A DNA stretch of 51,290 nt, from NCBI GenBank assembly GCA_964594615.1, contig CAZQNZ010000001.1, positions 1-51,290 of the forward strand. The letters run 5' to 3'. This DNA comes from an uncultured Planctomycetia bacterium. Its GTDB lineage: Bacteria > Planctomycetota > MHYJ01 > CAYXQY01. The notes beneath the pieces were generated by a model. It did not search any database. It had not been told where the DNA came from and worked only from the letters and a program-made list of their open reading frames with translations. The position numbers were made by a program, and so were the translations under genes. Below are positions 29,648 through 38,834 of the stretch, one piece after another; positions within the stretch are counted from its first letter, which is position 1, and the number at the start of each line of letters is the position of its first letter.

Positions 29648-30306
29648 TGGGAGACCATGGGATGACGTATACCCCTGTCCGGACAATCAAACCGGAAGCC
29701 GGATGGGTGAAACCCACCGTCCAGGTAGTCGAGAACGGAGGGCACCGATTCCTGCTGAAAGATTACGATGCATGTTCGGGACGTGCTGTGTTTGCCCGTT
29801 ACCTCGCCCACCGAGAACACCGGATCCTCAAAAAGCTACAGGGGATCGAAGGAATACCCGGAGGGGTGCGTTTAATCAACGGTTCCAAACTGATCCGGGA
29901 CTTCGTGGAGGGGACGTTCTTGAAGGAGGGGAATCCCGACGAACTACCAGATGCCTTCTATTTTGATCTCAGGGAGGTGGTGGAGGAAATGCATTGTCGG
30001 GACGTGGTCCATCTGGATTTAAGGCACATGAAAAACATCGTCGTACAGGACGGAGGATCCCCCTGCCTCATCGACTTTGAAACGGCGGTTGACCTGACCG
30101 GATTATCTCTGGTTCCGGCCCTTCAGGAGCTGCTGAAGTGGGTGGATCGTTCTGCTCTCTTACGGATCAAGAACCGCTATTTCGAGCATCTCATGACGGA
30201 GGAAGACCGGCAGGCGATACAGAGGTTTTACCGATGGCGCCGGCTATGGGTTTTCAGCCCCTTTCACCTGCGGGAAAAGGATCGTGTGTCAGGCGGAAAT
30301 GAGTAG
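29647..30306 (+). CDS. small protein-kinase-like fold protein (Kdo/WaaP/RIO/Bud32-like)
   Basis: 219 aa. Candidate ATP-binding Lys in FLLKDY, catalytic loop VHLDLRHMKNIVV, and LIDFE as the DFG equivalent. The start overlaps the upstream stop by 1 nt. Confidence 0.6.
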   Translation: MGDHGMTYTPVRTIKPEAGWVKPTVQVVENGGHRFLLKDYDACSGRAVFARYLAHREHRILKKLQGIEGIPGGVRLINGSKLIRDFVEGTFLKEGNPDELPDAFYFDLREVVEEMHCRDVVHLDLRHMKNIVVQDGGSPCLIDFETAVDLTGLSLVPALQELLKWVDRSALLRIKNRYFEHLMTEEDRQAIQRFYRWRRLWVFSPFHLREKDRVSGGNE

Positions 30307-30440
30307 TCGCTGGTTGCATCCTGGAATACATCAGTAATAGCGTTAACCTCCCTCTTTGCCCGGTCAGATGTTCCGAATGCATCACCATGCCGGAGGGCAG
30401 GCTACGGATGGTACAATCCTTCGACGTCTTTCAAGGGACG

Positions 30441-30836
30441 TTATGAAGGAGAGGAGCCCACCTCTGCCGGCTTCGACGAGCCGTTTGAAGACCCGGATTC
30501 CCAGTCCAGCAGGACATGTGCGATCTGATATATGGTCTGCTGACGGTCGGCTGGGATTTCATCGATCATATCATGTAGGTATTCCCCATTTTCAGTCTGA
30601 TCGACCTTCTGATCCGGTATCAGAAGGAACTGGTAAGGGGCGACTTCAAGTCCGTCTGCGAGCTTCGAAAGATTTTCCAGCGTGAGATTCCGTTCCCCGC
30701 GTTCCACCTGTGAAATCGAAGACGGATGCAGACCGGAGGCTTCGGAAAGCTCATCTAGCGTCCAGCCTTTGTTCTTTCGTAACATGCGCACCCGCTCACC
30801 TACTTCGTCAAGAAAGAGTTCAGCTTTATCGGTCAT
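30441..30836 (-). CDS. XRE-family helix-turn-helix transcriptional regulator
   Basis: 131 aa with the HTH WTLDELSEASGLHPSSISQVERGERNLTLENLSKLADGL. Confidence 0.85.
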   Translation of the reverse strand: MTDKAELFLDEVGERVRMLRKNKGWTLDELSEASGLHPSSISQVERGERNLTLENLSKLADGLEVAPYQFLLIPDQKVDQTENGEYLHDMIDEIPADRQQTIYQIAHVLLDWESGSSNGSSKPAEVGSSPS

Positions 30837-30893
30837 TGGTCTAAAAAGAAAAGGAGCCCGAAAACAGTCGTATGTTCGAAAATATTGATCTAT

Positions 30894-30921
30894 ATTATAT
30901 TGATTTTTTCTTCTGAGTCAA
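30894..30921 (-). promoter_or_regulatory. sigma70-like promoter of the XRE gene (TTGACT-N16-TATAAT)
   Basis: Read on the minus strand in an AT-rich stretch, about 55 nt upstream of the ATG. The direct repeat ATATTGA (30882-30888 and 30897-30903) overlaps the -10 region. Confidence 0.45.
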
Positions 30922-30987
30922 ACCTATTTGAGGGAAATGTGTATTCTTTAACTAAACACCTTAAACCATAATACACTGAACGAACGT

Positions 30988-32082
30988 TCAGGCATCATGA
31001 CGGATTTTGAGTATATCACCATCTTGGACGACGTAATCCTTGCCTTCGACTCTCATCTTCCCGGCCTCACGAATCTCTTGTTGCGAACCATGTTCCTCGA
31101 GGTCTTCGACGGTGAAGACTTCCGCCCGAATGAAATGTTCTTCGAAATCCGAATGTACAACACCGGCTGCTTCCTTTGCTGTTGCTCCGGATTGTATTGG
31201 CCAGGCTCGTAATTTGTCGTTCGCAATCGTGAAGAAGCTCTGGAGACCGAGCACATCGTACGTGGTACGAACCATGCGGTTCAGGGCCGGCTCCTCCATG
31301 TCGTACTCGTCAAGTAACAGTTCCTGTTCGTCCCGGGGCATGTCTGCAATTTCTTCCTCAAGCGAGGCACTCACCCGAACCAGCGGGGCTTGTTCATTTT
31401 CGGCATGATCAACCAGTCTTCCCACGTGTTCATTTGCCGATACAAGCCCATCTTCCGACACGTTGGCCACATAGATCACCGGTTTCTGCGTTAACAGGTG
31501 ACTATCATGAAGGAGCTCCCGTTCACGCTGATCCCATTCAAGGGTGCGGACGGGACGGGAGTCGTTCAGTGCTTCCAGCGCCCGCTCAAGGACGTTCACA
31601 CGCTCTTCAGCCTCGCGATCGTCCCCCCGCGCGTTTCGACGGGCTTTCTCGAGTCGTCCCTCGACGGTTTCGATGTCCGATAATATCAGTTCCGTTTGAA
31701 TGATGTTCACATCCCGGACTGGATTGATAGAGCCTTCCACGTGCGCCACATCGTCGTCCTCGAAACATCGGACGACGTGTACCAGGGCATCTACCTCACG
31801 TATATTCGATAGAAATTGATTCCCGAGTCCTTCCCCCTTCGACGCCCCCTCCACCAGTCCGGCGATATCGTAAAATTCGATTGCAGCCGGGATGGCTTCC
31901 TCGGGCTGGATATGTCCCTCGATCGTGGACAGGCGCGGGTCGGGTACAGTGATCACCCCCACATTCGGCTCGATGGTGCAGAACGGATAATTTTCAGAAT
32001 CCGCCTCAGCGTTTGATAGAGCGTTGAACAACGTGGATTTACCCACGTTCGGGAGACCGATGATACCAGCCGAAAGTGCCAT
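30988..32082 (-). CDS. ychF: ribosome-binding / redox-regulated ATPase YchF
   Basis: 364 aa. Motifs [17 protein letters not shown] and PFCTIEPN, with a TGS-like C-terminus. Confidence 0.97.
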   Translation of the reverse strand: MALSAGIIGLPNVGKSTLFNALSNAEADSENYPFCTIEPNVGVITVPDPRLSTIEGHIQPEEAIPAAIEFYDIAGLVEGASKGEGLGNQFLSNIREVDALVHVVRCFEDDDVAHVEGSINPVRDVNIIQTELILSDIETVEGRLEKARRNARGDDREAEERVNVLERALEALNDSRPVRTLEWDQRERELLHDSHLLTQKPVIYVANVSEDGLVSANEHVGRLVDHAENEQAPLVRVSASLEEEIADMPRDEQELLLDEYDMEEPALNRMVRTTYDVLGLQSFFTIANDKLRAWPIQSGATAKEAAGVVHSDFEEHFIRAEVFTVEDLEEHGSQQEIREAGKMRVEGKDYVVQDGDILKIRHDA

Positions 32083-32340
32083 GGGGAATTAAGGATCTCG
32101 TGAATTGCGTTGCGACCGGTTCGAGTATGTGCGAACGTACAAGGAGAACCCCTGGAAGGAGATGTGAATACGGTTCAAGATCTCCTCCAGTCTAACAAAA
32201 ATGTGGTCGTATATCATGCGTAGAGCGGCATGTTCTCCCGGTGGTGACGCTGAAATAGAGCTGCGGAACGTAGATGCAGAAGAACGAGCGGAGGATTCAG
32301 AAACAACACAAATCGTTTCGGAAACGTGATGCTGTTGGGA

Positions 32341-35300
32341 TCACTCCGCCAGCGTACCGGCTACACTACCCGGTTGTTCCTCGGGATTTTCCTGGAGGTA
32401 TTCATCCGGAACACGGTTTTCCATGTCCATCGAAATGAGCTGTGACACTCCATCCTCCTGCATTGTCAGCCCATAGACGTGATCCGCCGCCGTAATGGTT
32501 TTTTTCTTGTGTGTGATCACGAGGAACTGAGTAAGATCTGTAAATTCATTGATCAGGCCGATGAACAGGTCAAGGTTGGATTCATCAAGCGGCGCATCCG
32601 CCTCGTCGAGAATACAGATCGCACTTGGATTCAGCATGAACAGGGCCATCATCAGAGCGATGCTGGTCATGGCCCGTTCCCCGCCGGATAACAGTGACAG
32701 GTTTGTCATATCTTTTCCCGGAGGCTGAGCCTTGATTTCGATTCCGCATTCAAGCAGATCGGATGAGGAAACCGATCCATTACTGGAAGAAGTCTCCACG
32801 GCCTCCTCCGTTTCAGACTCGTCCTCGTCATCGTCGTCAAACACCGCTTTCAGTGTCGCTTTTCCTCCCCCAAACAGTTTGCGGAAGAGGTCGTTAAAGT
32901 TTTCTTTCCCCTGTTCAAATGTGGTTTTGAACCGTTTGTGGCTCTCTTTTTTCATTTTTCGTATGATTCGCTGCAGCCGGCGTCGGGAGGTTTTCAGATC
33001 TTCTTCTTGCTTCTCGATTTCGTCGACCCGTTCCTGTTTCTCTTCAAGTTGTTCAAGAGCAGCTAAATTGACGTTGCCCATCCGATTGATGGTCGATTCC
33101 AGTTCATTCACTTCTTCACGCAGTTCCTCCCGGTTTACATCCTCCTCGGGTCGGTCAAATTCTTCAAGGGCATCTTCAAAGTCCCGGTCAAGATGATCGT
33201 CCGCTCGTTCTTCAAGGTTTTCCCGGTTGGCCCGGGCTTCTTTCAGGTTCACCTCCAGTTTATTTGCTCGTTCTTGAAGGGAAGCATAGGCCTCACGGAT
33301 CTCCTCGCGTTTTTCCTCTTTTTTCTGCTGGCGTTCCTTCAGCGTGGACGTTCGATCACGGACGGAAGACAGCTCGCTTTCCAGATCGTCAAGTTCCTCC
33401 TCCAGCTCCTCCTTGCGTGACCGCTTGTTTTCCAGTTGTTCCCTCAACTCCTCCTGCCGTTCCTCCAGGACGGACAATCGTTTCTGAACGGACTCAATTC
33501 GGTCCTGTGCTGTTTTTCGATCCTTTTGATGCCGCTGGATCAGGGAATCGACGTTCTGAATTTTTTCGTCCAGCTGAGCTTTTTCGACGTCCAGTTTCTG
33601 CTTCTTCTCACGGGTTTCCTGGAGGTCGGACTCCACGGATTGCAGTTTCTCCCGGGTCTGATCCAGTGTTTGTTCGAGATCCTGCTTTTCCTCCTGGAGC
33701 TGATCCAGTTCTGTTTTCATTTCATCCCGTCGCTGTTCAAGCTGCTGATCTTCTTCTTTCTGATCGGAGATCTTCTGTTCCAGAGTGGATTGTTCCTCCT
33801 CGTGTTCCTCAATCAGCGTCTTCATCCGGGACCGGCGTTCTTTCAGGTGTTTTAATTCCACTTTCGTTTCATAGATCCGGGAGCGTGAGTTGCTCAGGGC
33901 CTTCTCGACGGACTCGAGACCGGATTCAAGCCGGTCGGCGGAGCTTTTGAGACGTTCTTCCCGCTCCGAGAGGGAGCTGGTTCGGGATTTCAGGTCCTCC
34001 ATGGTTCGCCGCCGATCGACGACATTGTCCTCGACGCTCGTTTCCCCTCGTGAATATACCAGACCGCGATTCGTACTGGTGACCGTATCATGGCTTGCGC
34101 ATCCAATGCCGGGAGGAAAGAGATGCTCGTTTGCATCGGCTGCAGACATGGTCCTGTCAAACCCGTACGAGGACAGAAGGTCCGCAATCAATCGGCTGAA
34201 CGGCGGATCGGCCTGAAGATACTGGTCCAGCGGCCGACAGCCGTTCCGACGGTTTTCGTGAAACACCAGTGGCACGGTAACCGTACGTGTGGTGGGTTGT
34301 GTTTTGAGGGCATGAGATGCGTTGCGTTGGTCGGTAGAAATTCGATTTGTTTTTTTCTTTAGCGAGAGGTGATCGATGGGGCTGTTTGCCGGGTTACGTC
34401 TTGAGTGCTTCGTACGTTCCGCCTCCTCCAGAGCAGATAACACCAGAACCCCCACGTCCCCCTCCGATTCGCGGGCCGTTGCAATGACCTTACGAGCCGT
34501 TGGCCAATCCCGTACCACCACAAATTCCAGTAAAGGATCCAGCAACCCCTGTATCGTCCGGTGACCGAGTTCCGTAAAGGTGATCATGCCACCGAGTAAA
34601 CCGAGCACGTCTTCGTGCTCTGCGGGATCAAAGGTGTTTAATACGGACTTCGTTCCTTTCGAAAGTCCCGCCTGTTGATCTTCGAGGGATTCAAGGTACT
34701 TGATGCGTGAACGAAGTTCCGATCGTTCATCCGAGACCTCCTCCAGATCGTTTTTTACGGTTCGGTATTCGTTCTCTTTTTTGTGTTTGGCTCGGTGGAG
34801 AATGGCCACCCCCTCCTGATGGCGTTGAATCTGGTGTTCATGTTCCTCGATTTGTTCAGAGATTTCCGTCAGTTCGTTCCGGTGATCATCGAGTTTTTTC
34901 GTTAGTTTCCGCTTCCGGTCGTAGAATTCTTTGATATTTTCCTTGATGCGATCCCGGCGCTCTGAGATGTCCTGGAGGGACCGTTTGATTTCCTGTTGAT
35001 TTTCACTGATCTCCGATAGCCGATTGTCAAGCTCATCTCGTTGGGATTGATGAGTTGAACGACGGGCTGTGAGCTGGTCCACCCGGTCGTCGAGATGCTG
35101 TTTTTCCTCAACGAGTTCCTTTCGTTTGTCCTCGAAGGTTGAACGCTGGTTCTGGGCCTCCTGGATTTCTTCCTCCAGCTCTTCGATTCGGGCCGCCAGT
35201 TCCTCAAGGTCCTCTTCGGAAAGACGCTGATGGTCCTCTTTCGCCGACGTAAGACGCTCCTGAATGTTCTTAATGCTGTTCTTCACGTTGAGCAGTTCCT

Positions 35301-36183
35301 TGTCCCGCTGGTTTTTCTCGTCCTTCAGGGACGAGCGTTTTTGATTGAGTTCCTCCAGGTTCTGGGTGAGCTTTTCCGCCTCGCTCAGCGTCGATTCCAT
35401 CTTGTCCTGCACCTCACTTCGTTTTTCCTTCGTTTGCTCCCATTCCTCTCGTAGTTGCTTTTCTTCCTCCACGAGTTCCTGGTACTGATCGATGTGCAGC
35501 AGGAGTTTCTTCTCATCCAGTTTCTGTTTGTGTTCTTTGTACTTCCGGGCCTTTCCCGCCTGGGTTTTCAGGGAGTGGATGTCTTTTTTTAGTTCGTCGA
35601 GCACATTCTGAACGTCGTCCAGATCGTCCTGGACGCGATCAAGTTTCCGGCGGGCCTCACGCTTCCGAGCCTGAAAGGTGCTGATACCCGCTGCTTCTTC
35701 GATCAGTTCCCGTCGCTCCTTTGCGGAAGAGTCGAGCACGCGATCGATGCGACCCTGTTCGATGAGGCTGTAGTTCTCAACGCCGATGCCTGTGTCGTAG
35801 AGCAGTTCATCGATGTCTTTCAGGCGTACCTCCTCCCCGTTGATCAGATACTGGCTCTCACCGGATCGATACAGTTTTCGACCGATGGATACTTCGGAAT
35901 AGTCGAGGTCGATCTCTCCGTCACTGTTGTCAAGCACGAATTCCGCTTTGGCGAATCCGAGGGATTGTCGACTGCTGGATCCTTTGAAGATGACATCCTC
36001 CATTTCATTCCCGCGGAGGGACTTCGGGCTTTGCGAACCAAGCACCCACTTGATGGCATCCACGACGTTACTCTTTCCACAGCCATTGGGTCCAACAAGT
36101 GCGGTGATCGGTGCATCTAGTTGAATCTCGGTCTTATCGGGAAAGGATTTAAAACCATGCAGTTTCAGTTTTTTGATCTGCAT
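32341..36183 (-). CDS. smc: chromosome segregation protein SMC
   Basis: 1280 aa. Walker A GPNGCGKSN, long E/K/L-rich coiled coils, a central hinge, signature LSGGERAMTSIAL and Walker B ILDEADAPLD. Confidence 0.95.
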   Translation of the reverse strand: MQIKKLKLHGFKSFPDKTEIQLDAPITALVGPNGCGKSNVVDAIKWVLGSQSPKSLRGNEMEDVIFKGSSSRQSLGFAKAEFVLDNSDGEIDLDYSEVSIGRKLYRSGESQYLINGEEVRLKDIDELLYDTGIGVENYSLIEQGRIDRVLDSSAKERRELIEEAAGISTFQARKREARRKLDRVQDDLDDVQNVLDELKKDIHSLKTQAGKARKYKEHKQKLDEKKLLLHIDQYQELVEEEKQLREEWEQTKEKRSEVQDKMESTLSEAEKLTQNLEELNQKRSSLKDEKNQRDKELLNVKNSIKNIQERLTSAKEDHQRLSEEDLEELAARIEELEEEIQEAQNQRSTFEDKRKELVEEKQHLDDRVDQLTARRSTHQSQRDELDNRLSEISENQQEIKRSLQDISERRDRIKENIKEFYDRKRKLTKKLDDHRNELTEISEQIEEHEHQIQRHQEGVAILHRAKHKKENEYRTVKNDLEEVSDERSELRSRIKYLESLEDQQAGLSKGTKSVLNTFDPAEHEDVLGLLGGMITFTELGHRTIQGLLDPLLEFVVVRDWPTARKVIATARESEGDVGVLVLSALEEAERTKHSRRNPANSPIDHLSLKKKTNRISTDQRNASHALKTQPTTRTVTVPLVFHENRRNGCRPLDQYLQADPPFSRLIADLLSSYGFDRTMSAADANEHLFPPGIGCASHDTVTSTNRGLVYSRGETSVEDNVVDRRRTMEDLKSRTSSLSEREERLKSSADRLESGLESVEKALSNSRSRIYETKVELKHLKERRSRMKTLIEEHEEEQSTLEQKISDQKEEDQQLEQRRDEMKTELDQLQEEKQDLEQTLDQTREKLQSVESDLQETREKKQKLDVEKAQLDEKIQNVDSLIQRHQKDRKTAQDRIESVQKRLSVLEERQEELREQLENKRSRKEELEEELDDLESELSSVRDRTSTLKERQQKKEEKREEIREAYASLQERANKLEVNLKEARANRENLEERADDHLDRDFEDALEEFDRPEEDVNREELREEVNELESTINRMGNVNLAALEQLEEKQERVDEIEKQEEDLKTSRRRLQRIIRKMKKESHKRFKTTFEQGKENFNDLFRKLFGGGKATLKAVFDDDDEDESETEEAVETSSSNGSVSSSDLLECGIEIKAQPPGKDMTNLSLLSGGERAMTSIALMMALFMLNPSAICILDEADAPLDESNLDLFIGLINEFTDLTQFLVITHKKKTITAADHVYGLTMQEDGVSQLISMDMENRVPDEYLQENPEEQPGSVAGTLAE

Positions 36184-36528
36184 CTGGGCACTCCTGATAC
36201 CTGGGTGTTAATAGACGTGGTGGTTAACCGGGGCTGGAGGTCAAGCCAGTAAAGTGATGATTATACTTATCGACGGATGAACAGGTAGAAATTGAACTGG
36301 AACGACCCTGAATTTGAGTGGTTTAAAATCAATCAGTTGAGGTATTATAAGAGAACCCGCTTCATAAGTCACATGCTCTGCTTGCGCAGGAAACGGGCAA
36401 CGTAGCTACCGTTGGAAATTTCGAATTTTCCTGCAGATGTTAGAAGATGCAGGTACTACTCTCTGCCGGATGACTGAGTCCGGTTGTGATTCCTGCTTGT
36501 TTCTTGCATCGGTTTATTCTGAGGGTTT

Positions 36529-36747
36529 ATGACTCTTCGAAACGTCAAAATCACATGTATCGCGATTGTGTCCGTTCTTGTATTGATCGTGATTTTTCAA
36601 AACTGGGAACCTGTCGAAACGGATATCCTGTTCTATTCACTAGAACTTCCCCGAACCGTACTGCTTCTGGGAACCACCCTGATCGGATTTGTGGTCGGGA
36701 TTCTCACGGCGTTTTTTCTGATGAAAGAAGACAAAACGTCCCCTTAA
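36529..36747 (+). CDS. small two-helix membrane protein, LapA-domain (DUF1049)-like
   Basis: 72 aa with two hydrophobic helices separated by FQNWEPVETDILFYSLELP, the typical DUF1049 layout. Confidence 0.5.
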   Translation: MTLRNVKITCIAIVSVLVLIVIFQNWEPVETDILFYSLELPRTVLLLGTTLIGFVVGILTAFFLMKEDKTSP

Positions 36748-36998
36748 CCGAAATCGCTGCGCCAATCATGGAGGGGGACTGGGCCGGATAAGCCCGCCGT
36801 CAGGGTTTCAAACCGTACGAATCCGGTGCGACCCAAACGACGTGTTCTGTTTTCCCGGGGACGCGGGTATGTAACGTCTGAACCGTTGACGTCTGTGGAG
36901 CATCTGGATGTATGGATCCAAAACGGAGGAGCTTGCGGTTCGATATCCGAAAGACAGGCGAGGGTTGATTTCACTAGCACTGTAAACGGAGCTGATCG

Positions 36999-37223
36999 AT
37001 GTCCTGCAGCTGTAAGAAATCCGGTTGTACGAACAATCGCTGTTCCTGCTTTAAAGAGGGGCGGGCTTGTACAGGGGACTGTGATTGTCAGGAGTGTGAG
37101 AACAAAACGGTGTCAGACACAGAAGGGGAGGCGGACCTGCCTGAGGGGGAGGAAGATACAGATACGATGATAGGATGCCTGATTCTGCTGGTTCTGTTCC
37201 TCATCGTCTACTGGTTGTGGTGA
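36999..37223 (+). CDS. tail-anchored small protein with a single tesmin/TSO1-like CXC (nine-Cys) domain
   Basis: 74 aa: MSCSCKKSGCTNNRCSCFKEGRACTGDCDCQECEN, then an acidic linker, then a hydrophobic tail IGCLILLVLFLIVYWLW. GGAG lies 7 nt before the ATG. The Cys spacing is C-x-C-x4-C-x4-C-x-C-x6-C-x3-C-x-C-x2-C. Confidence 0.7.
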   Translation: MSCSCKKSGCTNNRCSCFKEGRACTGDCDCQECENKTVSDTEGEADLPEGEEDTDTMIGCLILLVLFLIVYWLW

Positions 37224-37292
37224 TGGTGAGGAAGTCTCCTCAGCTACGAACAATTTGCTTTTTTCGGTCTCGCTGGACGCCAAAATCTGCAT

Positions 37293-38554
37293 TCAGACCG
37301 AGGAGACCAGGTCTTGAGCATGACGGCTAGCCCGCTCACGAATTTTCTGTTCGTTATCCACCGTTCGATCTTCCATGATCACCTGACCGTTACACAGCAC
37401 CGTGTCCACGGCCCCCCCGGACGCGGCGTAGGTCAGAAGTGAATAATCATCATGGACAGGTGTCAGAGCCGGATGGGATCGGTCCAGCAACATAAGGTCG
37501 GCCCATGCGCCTTCGCGGAGACGACCGGTTTGAAGATCAAAGATATCGGACGGAACCGCTGTGGCCAGTTCAAACGCTTCCCGGGCAGGCAGGGCACTCG
37601 GGTCGTCCAGAAGCTGTTTCTGGAGAAGGGCCGCGATTTTGATCTCCTCGAACAGGTCATGGTTGTTGTTGGAGGCAACGCCGTCGGTTCCGAGACAAAC
37701 CGGAACACCGGCTTCCCGATAGGCATCGTACGGGAACTCGAGGCCCGAGGCCAGCTGGCGATTGGGTTATACACCACCCGGGCACCGCGATCGGCAATCA
37801 ATTCGATGTCGTCGTCGCTCACCCAGAGACCATGGGCGATGACCGTATGTTCGTGCAGGCCGCCGAGCCGATCGAGATATTCTACCGGACTGCAGCCGTG
37901 CTGCTCCTGGCAGTTTTCGACGTCCGTTCGGGTTTCAGCCAGATGGATGTTCATTGGAATCTCCTGTTCGCGACTGTAGGTGGAAGCCCACTCCAGACTC
38001 TCGCGGGATACGGTATAGATGGCATGAGGTCCGAGAGCGAATTGAACGCGGTCCGGAAACGTGTCGATTTGCTCCGCGTGTCTCTTCGATTGTTCGATCT
38101 GTTTTTGAGCCATTTCTTCGTCGAACTGATCGATAAACACCCCGCTGACATGTGCGCGGATGCCGCTGTCGGAAACGGCCTGGCAAATCTGTTCAAATTC
38201 CCAGTACATATCGTTGAAGTGAGTCGTTCCGGACTTGATCATCTCGACACATGCCAGACGGGTTCCCCAGTAAATGTCATCGGGAGATAAACGGTCTTCC
38301 ACGGGCCATATCTTCTCCTTCAGCCAGGTATCCAGGGGGAGATCATCCTCCCAGCCCCGCATCAATGTCATAGCGGCATGGGAATGTCCGTTCGACAGGG
38401 ACGGAGCGATGAGCCTGTCCGAGGCCTGGATCGTGTGATCAGCACCCGTTCGTTGTTCGGGTGAGATGTTGCCAATGCGCTTGATGCGTCCATCGGCGAT
38501 GTATACGTCTTTTCGTGATCCGTCCGGATGTCGTGGTTGCTCAATCAGGATGCT
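37293..38554 (-). pseudogene. amidohydrolase (MtaD / TRZ-ATZ-type nucleoside or aminodeaminase), reading frame broken by a 1-nt deletion
   Basis: The N-terminal part (NGHSHAAMT, HLAET, ...ARVVYNP) is in the frame of ORF 37463-38596. The rest (NRQLASGLEFPYDAYREAGVPVCLGTDGVASNNNHDLFEE...LLDRSHPALTP...CNGQVIMEDR) continues in the -1 frame to the stop at 37293. The switch is at the GGG run 37764-37766. Confidence 0.8.
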
Positions 38555-38834
38555 CATGATGACGGAGGTTTGTTTAAAACAGAGGTCCACACACAAACGT
38601 GGACGGGTATCATACCACAGAACAGGGGCAAATTATGAGGATCACATGCCACTGATCCCCTGTGTTAGCCGGGGGCGCAAACGATGTCAGCGGCCGGACG
38701 AATCGGTTTGAACACATGTGCTGGAGTCGTTCCGACGAGGTCTTGAAACATGGGAAGGGTCCCTCGTAATATAATGTATCAATTTCGTTGCAATCCACTC
38801 ACACCAACGCCATTATCGGTTTGTTTTTCACTCA

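Noticed and set aside
32732-33950. Long plus-strand ORFs (154, 228, 139 and 75 aa) antisense to smc
   Set aside because: Their translations are low-complexity Ser/Arg/Pro/Phe/Leu strings, which are the mirror image of the Glu/Lys/Leu-rich coiled-coil codons of smc. The smc frame has all its diagnostic motifs. I treat them as shadow ORFs.
34290-34420. Basic ~45-aa segment (KHSRRNPANSPIDHLSLKKKTNRISTDQRNASHALKTQ) in the SMC hinge region, containing a T7 run on the plus strand
   Set aside because: The frame stays open and both flanks are in frame. Without an alignment I cannot tell an insertion from normal hinge variability, so I note it only.
32341-36183. SMC protein as part of a Lamassu/Wadjet-type defence system
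   Set aside because: It is a full-length 1280-aa SMC with canonical head motifs and a hinge. It has no JetABCD/LmuA-like partners and sits among core genes (ychF). It is the housekeeping condensin.
36826-37170. 114-aa ORF overlapping the CXC gene in another frame
   Set aside because: It has no motif and no Shine-Dalgarno sequence. The competing 74-aa frame has an exact nine-Cys domain pattern, a GGAG and a hydrophobic tail.
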